Of a stretch of DNA of 64,000 nucleotides, positions 1-12,002 are shown one piece after another. The position numbers were made by a program, and so were the translations under genes. The stretch spans positions 992,001-1,056,000 of the forward strand of contig OZ176053.1 in the NCBI GenBank assembly GCA_964247055.1, written 5' to 3'. Each line of letters opens with the position of its first letter. Position 1 is the stretch's first letter. The notes under the pieces were generated by a model. That model saw nothing but the letters and a program-made list of their open reading frames with translations. It was not told the DNA's origin and did not search any database. Source of the stretch: Paragordius varius. Lineage: Eukaryota; Animalia; Nematomorpha.

Positions 1-135
1 TAAAAAACTAAAAGACACATTTGGTAAATATATAACTGGTTTGTTACCATTATACATCTCTTTTCCTTACTTGGCAACTCAAAACTATAGGTGATATAAT
101 AAAAGTCAATCTTAACTTTTTAATTTTTCTATTAC

Positions 136-1018
136 ATTTCATAATTCATATCCTGATTTACGTTTAATTTCACATTATGGATGTAGGTTCCAAAAGATTT
201 AATTGCCCTTTAAACGGGCAGGTTTTAATAAAATAAACGCAAAAATTCCGAAATTGCGCGATAAAATGTAAAGAAATGCCAAAGAATTCAAGAATAACTT
301 TTTAATATTTTAAAATTAATTTTAAACCCAAATTTTGTTGGGAAAAAGATCCAAAAATATAATATGTTTTTATAATATTTTGTTTAAAGAAATCACAAAA
401 ATATTTTACATCAATTTTTCGGCATCAGTCATGATTCCAATAAAAAGACCTCCCAACTGTAAAAGATCACTTACATTTTCTAAAATCCGCTTTAATCTGC
501 TATATGATTCAAATGCGTAGTGGAGCGCATATTGACAATTAATCAGGTTAAATTTTATATTGGGATCTAAACCGTTTTTAGCCAATTCTGAACGCAAATT
601 AACCCAAATATAACTTTAAAATTATACTTCACAGCAATCTAGGCATATGAATTTAGCCTTAAAAGGTAATTTTGATTCGTTATACCTTGTTTTGCATTCT
701 AAAATACTCTCTGAAGCAATATCTATACTTTTATAAAAAATTTTAACCTACAAATACGACTAAATCGACTTTATCCTTATATTTTTTAAGGTCTCCCCCT
801 TTACCACAACACAAATCTAAAACATACACGGGTTTCGTTTGACAGAGAAATAAATATTTTTCTGTAATTTAAAAATTATCATTTTTACCAATAAGGATTT
901 GTTTGATGTAATTGTTGAAACATCTTAATTTAATTATTTCACTATTTACTCGGTGTTCTTCCTTTAAATTACTGTAATGATCGGCAATCTCGTTTTTAAA
1001 TCCACCTGAATTTTGCAT
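136..1018 (-). CDS. RNMT: mRNA cap guanine-N7 methyltransferase, 5' part (gene probably continues past the window start). Exons 1018-889, 861-748, 722-628, 603-410, probably 207-136
   Basis: Spliced translation MQNSGGFKNEIADHYSNL...IIKLRCFNNYIKQILI...VLDLCCGKGGDLKK...VFVDIASESILECKTRY...FNLINCQYALHYAFES...GGLFIG matches RNMT/Abd1 motifs (HYN, RxFNN, VLDLxCGKGGDL, CQFxxHYxFES). Introns of 27, 25 and 24 nt are needed to keep frame. Exons below 410 are less certain. Confidence 0.9.
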
Positions 1019-1065
1019 CTGTTTTTGCGCGTTATGAAATAGTTGACAGATGCGAAATCCGTCTC
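1019..1065. promoter_or_regulatory. 47-bp spacer between divergent RNMT and twinfilin start codons (candidate bidirectional promoter or overlapping 5' UTRs)
   Basis: RNMT ATG at 1018 (minus; in-frame TGA upstream at 1066-1064) and twinfilin ATG at 1066 (plus; conserved MSHQTGI N-terminus). Confidence 0.6.
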
Positions 1066-4000
1066 ATGTCACATCAAACTGGAATCAAGGGTATTCTTTC
1101 GCAATCTTATACTTTTAGCTAACAATGATTTACTGACCTTTTTTAGCGTCTGTAAAAGTTCCGATAATATAAGGGCCGTAAAGATATCAATCAAATCAGG
1201 TTTGTAATTTAAATTTTTTTATATAATTTAGTTTTTACTTGATTATTTTAATTTTGAAATAAACTGATCTTAGTTAAATAACTCCCTTATACTTTTATTT
1301 AAATCTTTTAACGAACATATAAAGATATATTTATATTTTTGTATTGTTTTTTAATGTGTCTTCATTATGTAATAGATATATAATGCCAATGTTCTTTAAA
1401 ACCATTTTAATGATTTATTAAAAATATTTTTATTTCTTTCTTAGCAGAAAACTATTTATTTTCTAACAAATATTTACAAATACGGACAAATTTCATCTGA
1501 ATATTTAACAATTGAACTAGGTTAATTTACCTAATTTCTTTAGTCCTTTTTATGTTATTTTTTTGTTATACAATAAAAATTAAAATTTAGACGTCTTAAA
1601 AACTAAAAGGCAAAATTTCCTTAATATAGCCATAATTTTTTGAATTTAACATAAATGGTTGTCATTTATTAATAAAATACTAGCATATTAGTTATACGTT
1701 TTGTTTTAATAATCTTAATTTTAACTGCAAATTCCATGCTAAATACAAAATTTTCAATGCTACATAAAGTCGCAAATGTTGTATAGAAAAAGCCATATTG
1801 TAAAAATTAATTAAAAAATATTTAGCAGTGTATTCATGTGTAATTACCGGTTTAATTCGCAGACGATTAATTTCATACATACCCATTTTGTTCATCTGAC
1901 ATTAAACAATTAAACACACATACACATGTCGAGTTCACTAAAAACTAGCCAGGTTTTTTATCATTCAAAAATTATGTCGAATTTTGTGCCTGAATAGGAA
2001 CATTCGCGGCATGTATTGACATTAGAAGAAAAAGATTGTTGAAAGTTATCATTTGCTGGGAAAAACATATGATGAACATGTTTTATTAATTGATCCAAAT
2101 GAAAAATGGTTTCGCAACAATAAGTTGTCATTTCATGTGAAAGAGTGTGGGCGCTTTGGTAAACCGCACAACTGCCAAAGACGCTTAAATGCAGTTTATT
2201 ACCCAAGTCAAACTTATCAATAATTAGCATGTATTACAAAAAACAATGATTCGATGTTTATGAGTAATAAAAAGACTAATAAATTAGGTAAATTAATCCT
2301 ACACAATATGAATGAACGCCAAATCGAAAATCGCAGATATGACTTGTGAAATCCTGCTTCAACGCGAAAAGAATCCTTTTTGCCTAAAATTGGGATGGGT
2401 GATATGTCTTTATTTGTGAATTTAAAGCGGAAATTGTGGCTCCTATTCTGCCAAGCATCCACAATAATAATCGCTTTGGAAACCGTGATCTATATCTTGT
2501 GGGACTAGAGCGGTGTATATATGAACTTTTGAGGACCCCTAAAAATGTTTATATACAACACTATCGTTAATAAGTACCTGATTAAAACGATGCATTAATA
2601 AAAAACAACCGGAACACCTTGAATAGCGAAACAATTATACATGATCCTTCGTATTGCACAGCAAAACCAGTGAAAGACGCTTTTAAATCGCATCGATGGA
2701 AATTTTTTGCATTCGCTGAACTCTCCTGACCTGCCATCTGATTAATACAATTTAGCATAATATGAGGTACATCCTCGCAGATCAGTACTTCAATAATTTC
2801 GAACACGTTTGACTCAGAGATAAGTGGAATGTGTAGAAGCCGATGTCTATATTTTGAATAAAAAAATAATTGATTTACTTTTAAAATTTCATGTGTTTTT
2901 ACCAAAAAATCGGTAAAAATCATAAATGGACCTGATATATCTTTCATGTGAAAAATTAAATTTATTTGAATTCCAATTGTTTAGAATCGCTTGTGTTGGA
3001 TAAATATGAGAAAGTTGTAGGCACATGGATGGAAGATTATGAAAGGTGCCTTACTAAGCTTATTGTTGAACGAGAGCCTTGTTACGTTTTTTATCGACTC
3101 GATTCGTTGGCTGAAACTTCTTATAATTGGCTTTTCATATCATGGTCCCCTGATGACGCCCCTGTATGTATATATGAAATTTTTTAAAATATTTTTACCT
3201 ATAAACATATTTAGAGTGAGAGTAAAAGGTTTTGAGTGGCTAACTTTTTTTATTAAAAGCTGATAATTTTTTCTTTCTTGTTTATAAGTATATTTAAAAA
3301 TATTGAAAGTTAAACTGTATTACACATATTTTAGTTTTATTTATAAAACGTCAGATTTTATAGAGTCAACCATAATTACAAAGCCACTATTATTTCTATT
3401 AACTAGGGTTTATCTTTATAAAATACTTAATAAGCCAAGCTTTTTTTTAGAAAAATATTTCATTTTTACTGTGTGCCTTTATATATATATATATATTATA
3501 TATATAATTTAGATCAAACAAAAAATGATATATGCCAGCACGAAAGCAACGTTAAAGAAAGAATTTGGTTTATCCATCATAACCTCGGAACTATTTGCTA
3601 CTGTAAAAGTAAGCCATGATTTTTCATTTACCTTTAATTTAATTTTTTAAGGTTTTTTTTTATTAAATTGGAAGAAGCATTTTTCGAAATAATATTAATT
3701 TTAACACCCGATATAAATAGATTTTGTGCTTGTCCTAGTTAGCTTGCAATTTTTTTTTAAATGGTGATTTCCTAAATTTACAGACCTCAAATTATTCTAA
3801 TAAACAATATAAACTGGCCTTTATTATGAAAATTTTAAATTAAATAAAAAACAATATATTACATAATTATGAAAATATTTTTTTCAATACTAATTTTCTG
3901 TAAAAACACTAGTCGGCATATCTAAGCGTTTTCTTAGCAACATAAAAATAGATATTGGGTAAGTCAACAATGTCATAAAATGGAAATAATGTTCACTGAA

Positions 4001-7000
4001 AATATGTTTTCTACAATTAAATTGTTAACTCTTAAATTGATAACTGATATCCAATTATTAGGCCATTTTAAGATATAAAGTATTTATACGCACAAGATAC
4101 CATTTACATAAGTTGATAAAACAACGATACATCTTAAATATACCATTTACAGTTCAAATTCACCCTTAAACAATTCAAGTTCACCCTTGAACAATTCAAA
4201 TTCACCCTTGAACAATTCAAATTCACCTTCGAACAATTCAAATTCACCCTAAAATAAATTATGTGTTTTTTAAGATCAAAAATTACTTATATTTTTTTAT
4301 ATTTTTTAAAAAAGAAACTTTGTATGTAATCAAAACAATACTGAAAAAATAATAAATTTTGCCATAAAAATATATTTAATTATAATGATGAGTTATATTA
4401 GACCGAAATTTCATAATTTTTTTTAGGGTGAATTTGAATTGTTCGAGGGTGAATTTGAATTGTTTAAGGGTGAATTTGAATTGTTCAAGGGTGAATTTGA
4501 ATTGTTTAAAGGTGAATATGAATTGTAAATGGTATATATATACTATATTATATGTAATGAGATGTAAATTTTTGTTTTAGGGCAGATTAATGATCTTGAT
4601 ATAATTTAATTTTGGCCTGTATATGCGAATTTCAAATCAAAAATACTCTTACCATGTTTCATAAAAATTTTAGCAATATTATCGGTAGTTATTCTTTAAG
4701 ATTCAAAAAAACTCTAAAAATATGTTGTTTAAAAAATTAGTTTAAATTCACCCTTAAACAATTTAACTTCACTTTAAATTAAATTATGTGTTTTTTTACG
4801 ATAAAATATTATTAATATTTTTAGAATATGGAATTCAGTTTAAAAATAATATAATGCTGAAAAAATAAGAAACAATGTCGTAAGCCCGAAAACACATAAT
4901 ATATTTTTAGGGATTTGAATTGTTTAAGGGTGAATTAGAATTGTAAATGGTATATATCATTTTCAACCTTTACAATAACTTTTTTAATCCATCCTGATAA
5001 TCAATTATTCTTAGTGAGTAATTTTCAATAAATTACGTAAAAAATAATTTTTAACTTACTTACTTTTTTTCTAACCAATGTATGTCTTTATGGTTCTCAG
5101 ACTGAGCTTGCATTTAAACAAACTAAAACGCATTTATGTGATAATCATCAAAGACGGCAATATAATAATAATAATTATTCAAATCACGACCATGAACAAC
5201 ATTGTAAAAATAATGGTAATTCTGCTTTCTTATCTCACACTTCAAATGGAAAACAAAAAAATGGACATCATAGCACACAGATTTACGATAAAAAACTGGA
5301 AAAAAGTTTATTGAAAAACATCAACAACATTCCAATAAAAAATCATACCGCTTCCAATTACTACATTCCTCCTATAGATACCAAAAATTATCTTAATATT
5401 AACAATTTTAGTTCTAATGATAATAATGAAGATTTTAAATGTCCAAGTCCGAAATATATACCTGTCATGATGATCTCACCAATCAACCCGCCAGATGCCA
5501 AATTAAATAACATTAATGTTGTTCGAAAAGTTTTTTTTTCGTTTTTTAATTACGAGAATTTTATGTAAAATATTATTGAGCAGTTGAGTGAGTATTGCAG
5601 CGAAATTCAAGACTTCTATATTGGTTTTCGGTTTTTGTAATTTTGAAAGCCAGTTATCTAGAGAAAGGTTTGAAAATTCGAGGATTTTATTGAAGTGAGT
5701 GTGATCGAAATTATTAGAAGAGCAAATTGGTCTTTTTAATGTTTAGAAAAATGATTTTCCTATATAATTTTCGTTTAAAACTCGTATATTTTAGGATGAA
5801 ATAACGTTAAAGTATTACCTTAAAATGCAACGTGATAAGGAATTTGGGGCGAAACCATTAACCCATGCAGAGGAAGAAAGAGAAAATTTTAAGGCTACTG
5901 AAGTATTTTAGTAGCATTTTGTAAGAATGGTTTGCTGTGCTCTGATTTTTTTTTGCTCTTTTATTGGATTTGATTGATTGATTTCTCAAAAAATATAAGG
6001 TCGTTTTTTGATAAAAATCTGTGTTTTTCGATTGCATGACTAATTTTTAGGGGTTTAAGAGATATGATTTTTGTGGTTTTTCCATATGATTTAAGTGTGT
6101 GTAAAAAATCATGGTTGTTTAGTAAAAATTGGAATTTTACGGAGTAAATATATAAAGACAAATATTTTTTTTTAAAAAGCGAATCATACTTTATAAATAT
6201 AACTCATTATTTTACACTGCAATATATTAAATAAAGTTATATATTGGTAACTTAATCAAATATATATATATATATATTACGATTGTAATTAAATGATTTT
6301 TATAGGATAAATTAGTTTTCTTTTTTGAAAAATTATTTTGTCTTTATATGTTTACATTTTGGGTAAAATTTTAATTTTTACTGTATGTTAAATCCTTTGA
6401 ATCTGGCCTTATGAATGATATTTTACATGGTTTTTGCTAGATATTGATTTTTGTCTAAATTCTTTCTCTCTTAAGCATGTATTTAAAACAGATTTCGAAT
6501 CATGGTTTGAAAATTAAGGCACTGTCTATATTTCTAAAGTTCAAATTATTAGGCACTACTAAGGTTATGAAAAAATTTAATTTTTAGGGATGCATGAAAT
6601 TAGTATATCACATTTCAGAAAACTAAGTTGTCAACAAATAAAAATTTTTGCGGCAAATGAATTCGCTGGTCATAAGGTATCTCATGGGGGAAAAAATATT
6701 TTTTTAAAAATAAATCAACCCTCTTTTTTCGGCACACTGTGTATTTTTAAGAAAGTTTAAGATTGATTGATAATTTTTAAGGGAGGGAGCATGAAAGAAA
6801 ACAAATTTTTCCAAAAAAAATCTTTTTCACTTTAATTCAATTTCATGCCAAAATAATCTAATAAAATCTAAAATGGAAAATAGAATTTAGCACACATTGG
6901 TATAGAAACGAAACAAAGATCTGCCCATGGTTTAACATTTCCCCTCTCACCTCTTCTGGCTGATACGTTGAGGGAATTTGCCCTTGGGAAGCAAATATAC

Positions 7001-9513
7001 CTTAGAATGGTATTTATTAATTTATTATTTTTCATATGAAAAAAAAGTTTAGTTTTTTTAAGTTAACAACATATTTTAAGCCTTAATTTCATTTGTGGAT
7101 TAGCATTGTAAACTGGTTTAATTTTTATTTTCATACCTTAGATTTGGTTTTAAATTGTTTATTAATTGTAAATAAATTACAGTATAATTACATTAGTAAG
7201 ATATGCTTAGAATTTTTAATTTAAATCATTTTTTATCATAGCCGAAACGTATAATATAAAATATTGTCAATTAGTATTTCAAATTTAACATTTTTTTTCT
7301 ATGTACTAAATTTTGGTTAACTTAAGAGTTGATTTAATTCCTTTCCACAGAAAACATTGAAATTATACGGACAAAGCGTAAAAATATAAAGACAAATAAT
7401 TTTTTCTTAAAGGCAACTGTACTTTTAAAATATTGATTTTTTTTCTCATTGTGTTAACACAATCAATTCTATATTTTACAATTGTAGCTAAATAGCTTAT
7501 ATAGGAAAAAGGTTTAATAAAGTATATTTTTTTAGAAATTGTTTTTATACTGATTTTTCCGATAAATCTAAAATTACCCCTTAATTGTGCTAAATTATGA
7601 TGCTTAGTTTTTTATGTTTTATCTATTTATTGGCTATTATTTTTAACATAACAATTAATTTTTCGTTTCGTTTCAGAAAATTGATTTAGATCATGAGATG
7701 ATTGATTTAGAATCATCAAGCCGATCTTTGGATGTCATTTCTTTGGCCCGATTAATTCCTCGTTCCAATCCTCGATATCATTTATACACTTTTATTCATG
7801 AACCAGTTCTTAGCCCTAACAAGGATACATCATGCACGAAAGATTCTAGTATTCTAAATCTAATTTTTTTTTCTCAGAATTAATTTTGCATTTTTTGTTA
7901 TAAACATAAATTTTATATTATTTTTTGGCTCAGTAAAACTATTTTTTCACAAAAACTGCATCTAGTTTTTGTGAAAATTAACATTTTTGAATTATTGTAT
8001 TAAAAGGAAAAATTAATATTTATTTTTTTAGATTAAAAAATTTCTTTTATGGTAAGTGCCGGAATCGATAATGTTTTATATTAATAACACAATTGTGAAA
8101 AAATGATATAACGAAAGTTAATTTGAAAATGTTTTAACTGAAACTACACCAAGTGTTTTCTTTAGATTTCATTATATCAAATTTCACGGAGTTAATTGTT
8201 GTTAACTTACAGAAAAAATGAAATTATACGGACAAAACGTAAAATTATAACGACAAATATTTTTTCTAAAAGACAACCATACTTTAAACTTTGAGATTCT
8301 TTTAAATATAACTCATTGTTTCGAATTGTAATTAAATAATTTTTTTGGGAAAAATTAAAGTTTAAATAAATGAGCTTTTGGAAAAGAATATTTGTCTTTA
8401 TATTTTTAAGTTTTTTCCGTATAATTTCAGTTTTTACTGTATATAATTTTTGATAGTTGAAAAATTTAAATGGTTTTTACCATTATTATTTAAGTTATAT
8501 CTAACAAGGTTTTTGCTCATTGCGGTTATTTTTCCTCTAAAAATTTTACCTTGATTTTTATGCTGATATTTAGAGTTATTAATTATAATTACTGCCATTT
8601 TGTACATACACTGACAGTATTTTTTAGCTTTTTTTATTATATTTATTGTTCATTATTTCTATATGTTTTGCTTAGTTTTCATTTACTCAATGCCAGAACA
8701 AGCACAATGCAGTATCCGGGAGCGTATGTTATATTCTTCATGTAAACACAAATTAATCGACACACTTAAAACAGTTTACGCTATTGATATACCAAAAAAT
8801 GTAAGGGTTAACGTTTATTTTACATAAGAAACACAACTTGTATATTGTGGTTTTAATTACCAGGTTTTCAAATATAGTTTTTGGTGACATATTATTAAAA
8901 CCAATTATTTTGATATGTCGTAGATATCTATAGTTAGAAAGAAAGAACATATAAACCACAAATTTATTGGATAAGTAGAATTCACAGTATGTAAGGGAGA
9001 GTAAAAAAATAAATTCATTAAAATTGAGTGAAAATTTCCGCCCTCAGGTGTCAGGAGTTATTTAAAAAAGTAGGCGCTATTCTAAATAAAGTAAAATCAA
9101 ATATCGTATTTATAAATTACCCAAACAATTTAATGGATGTAACATTTTTTTATATGTATAAAATATCCAATATTATGCAAACAAAAATTTTCAAATTAAG
9201 GTTAAAATTATACACTTTAGTAACACAACCATTGAAACGGTTCTAAAAAAACGTTCCAATTCCATTCTCCAATTATTTCTCTCGTATAAATTTGCGTATT
9301 TATCATTTATTACTCCAATAGTTTGAAATCGATTCCGGCGATGAAATTAATCAATCAATTTTGTTACAAGAACTACACCCGCTAAAAACCGAAGTCTCTG
9401 GCGATATTGGAACTTCAGCAGGCGGTTCAACTTCAAATTCCAAAGAAAAATTTGCAAAACCCAAAGGTCCCACCCAAGCTCGCGGCCCACGTCGTTTAAT
9501 AAAAAATCTCTAA
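1066..9513 (+). CDS. TWF1: Twinfilin (two ADF-H domains plus C-terminal tail). Exons 1066-1090, 1119-1199, 2985-3163, 3513-3608, 5795-5902, 6884-7009, 7677-7848, 8676-8800, 9322-9513
   Basis: MSHQTGIKA...[10 protein letters not shown]...[31 protein letters not shown]...PLTHAEEE...PRYHLY...IFIYSMP...[13 protein letters not shown]...FEIDSGDE...[15 protein letters not shown]. All junctions are GT-AG and phase-compatible. Confidence 0.95.
1961..2947 (-). CDS. Candidate uncharacterised multi-exon gene nested antisense in twinfilin intron 2 (structure unresolved)
   Basis: About 1 kb that is less AT-rich than flanking intron, with overlapping minus ORFs 2582-2947, 2217-2462 and 1961-2230. A 25-nt GT-AG segment (gtaatacatgctaattattgataag) joins the last two in frame. 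I recognise no family, and plus-strand frames are also partly open. Confidence 0.4.
4141..4534. mobile_element. MITE family A (termini TACCATTTACAG...CTGTAAATGGTA; TIRs contain tandem 21-bp units AACAATTCAAATTCACCCTYR; TA-flanked)
   Basis: Long TIRs with 3-4 copies of the 21-mer. Related copies at about 4741-4954, 12385-12651, 22723-23037, 23987-24207, 24346-24576, 44730-44975 and 48789-49126. Confidence 0.85.
5101..5529 (+). CDS. Candidate 143-codon in-frame Asn/His-rich cassette (or alternative terminal) exon of twinfilin
   Basis: CTAAC branch-like motif and TTCTCAG acceptor ending at 5100; 429 nt stop-free in phase 0; GT at 5530; flanking twinfilin exons are phase 0/0. The frame also runs on to TAA at 5566-5568. 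Confidence 0.5.
8208..8441. mobile_element. MITE family B (Tc1/mariner-like TA|CAGT termini; TIR about TACAGTAAAAATTGAAATTATACGGACAAAACGTAAAAATATAAAGACAAATA)
   Basis: About 50-bp inverted termini. Further copies at about 6120-6385, 7348-7560, 11566-11925, 21039-21330, 21973-22260, 23289-23549, 34214-34505, 39405-39652, 41746-42020, 42700-43091 and 55960-56165. Confidence 0.85.
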
Positions 9514-10513
9514 TAATTCAGTCATATGCTTATATCTTTATACGGCAAAAAAATCATGTAGAAAATATGTTTAATGATATACAGTAAAAATTTAGGTTAT
9601 AAAGATAAACTAAAAGCCAAGGAATAATATTTTTTTCATATATATATAGAAAACGTTATAATTTGTAATTTTTACAACAAATGTTATAAATTTTTGGCTA
9701 ATTTAATAGATATAGGCACATTTTAGAAAAAAAATCTTTTTTTGCATTATAACTCAATTTTTATTGGTTTGCGAAATATGAAAGATCCAATTGGTAAAAA
9801 CACATTATATATTTTAATAACTTACTTATCAATTTATATATATATAGAAGAAAATATTAGTTTATTAACTTTTTATAAGATTTGTCCCTATATAATTTTA
9901 TTTTTTTTACTTTAATGTATGACACTTGTTTTATACTTATTTATGTATGTAATATCAATCATGACGAATTATTTACATACTATACTATATTTATATGTAA
10001 TTATTTTTTGATTATATGCTTATTTTTTAAAATGTCGCGCTCTATTTAAATTATGTCACCCAATACTGTCCATCCAAATTATTTAAAATAAATTATACCG
10101 GCGTGGGTTTAATAATTAATTTAGTATATTAAAGTTATAATTAGGTTTAATTTATATGATTAGGCCAAATTTAGAATTAAAAAAACATGTATCATATATT
10201 TTTTTAAAATTAATAGATATAAAAATAATATTTTTTAACATAAAAATGTTAACAAAAGAGGTCTATTTTTTGTATATGATCAAGGTTTTGCATAAAAATA
10301 TTTGTTTTATTAAATGCCATAATCTACAGAAACGCCAATGTAACTAGATTTCACCATTTTGTATAATCAAAATTTTCATAATTTCCATAAAAATATTATA
10401 TAATTGTTGAAATCCAAAAAAATATTTATTTATTAAAGCACACACATGTCCTTCCATAAATCTATAGAAAAATATTATTATAAAAAATGCAATTTTTGCC
10501 GTATTAAAGTGAA

Positions 10514-11968
10514 TTAAACAGCGGCAGCCCCAGAAATAATTTCAATCAATTCTCTCGTTATGACGGCTTGACGGGTTCGGTTGAATGTTAAAGTTAGTTT
10601 CGATATCATTTCACCTTTGAAAAAAAGGCAAAAATATTGAGTTAATATAATTTATTTAATAAATATTTAAGGTCATACGTTTAATTATATGACAAGTTAC
10701 CTAGAATAGAAAAGTTCCCAATTACAACATATATAAGTTTTGTATAAAACCTATCTTATGGAGTTGGTTAAATAAAAAGTGGGTAAATTGGTTAATTTTT
10801 TATTAAGATATGCATAGCAATTACAACACTGCCATTTTTTTGTAAATTTTTAACTTTAATTATTGGCTTATAGCTAAAGATCTTTTATATCGATATATTT
10901 TACGCCTTTAATCATATAGCTTATATCGGGAAGATATGGTTAATTACTTTTAAATATAAGCGTTGTATATTAATAAATTAACCCTTTATCTAAAAACTTT
11001 GATGCTTACATCACATAATCACACATTCTTTATCCTCGGCAAATGAACTATGCTTATCCATTTTAACAAAAAAACCTAGGCATAAAGAATTACAATAATC
11101 CCCCCCTCCCCAAACGTATAAAAAACGACACATTTATAAGTAATTTAAAGCTAACTGCCAAACTCAAAAATTTAATTTCATTAGGTACAGAAAGTATAAT
11201 AAGCGCGTTAAAAATCAAAAGGCAAAAAAGGTAAACCAGCATTCTTGGAAGCATTATCCATAGCGGTCATGCGTGAGCTCTGTTCACTCACGGCATTCTC
11301 CTTCATGGCATAGAAAAGACAGGAGGCGAGTTGGCTCTCCTGATGATCCTTAAGGGTACTTCCATCCAGGTCATCGTAAACATGGATTGCCGCGTTTCCA
11401 GCAATGGCTTCTACGCTCAACAGGTCAGCTTTGCTTGGTTTGTAGGAAACGACGGATCTTTGAAACAGATAGATAGATAGACAGATAAAATTTAAGACTT
11501 AGATAGAACCACTAAAGATTTTGATTTTTGTAATTACAAAAGATTTTGTTAAAGTAAAAAATGATGTTTATTATGCGGACACAAAACGTAGAAATGTAAA
11601 AAAGACAAAATGTAAAACTATATATTTTTTCCATAATATAAGACGGTTGTACTTTTTACATTTTTTTAACATATCTCCATGTGTTAAATTGCATGCAAAA
11701 TATGCTATAAAAATGTATATTGGTAACACAATCAATTATTTAATTTAAAATTGTATATTTCATAGTTTAAAAAATATGCTATAAAAATGTATATTGGTAA
11801 CACAATCAATTATTTAATTTAAAATTGTATATTTCATAGTTTAACAAAAAAGTATGGCTGTCTTTTGAAATAAAATATTTGTCCTTATACTCTTACGTTT
11901 TGTCCGTATAATTTTAATTACAGTAAAAGTTGATTGCAAAAGAGACTATGTTTGGTTTATATATATAT

Positions 11969-12002
<34 letters not shown>

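Noticed and set aside
658-685. 28-nt GT-AG segment in RNMT exon 3 (gtataacg...ttttaag) that looks like another micro-intron
   Set aside because: Removing it gives an immediate in-frame TAG, while retaining it encodes the expected RY after ECKT.
4141-4270. Regular 21-bp repeats superficially like a CRISPR array or iterons
   Set aside because: Units are contiguous with no unique spacers and are mirrored as TIRs of a dispersed eukaryotic MITE.
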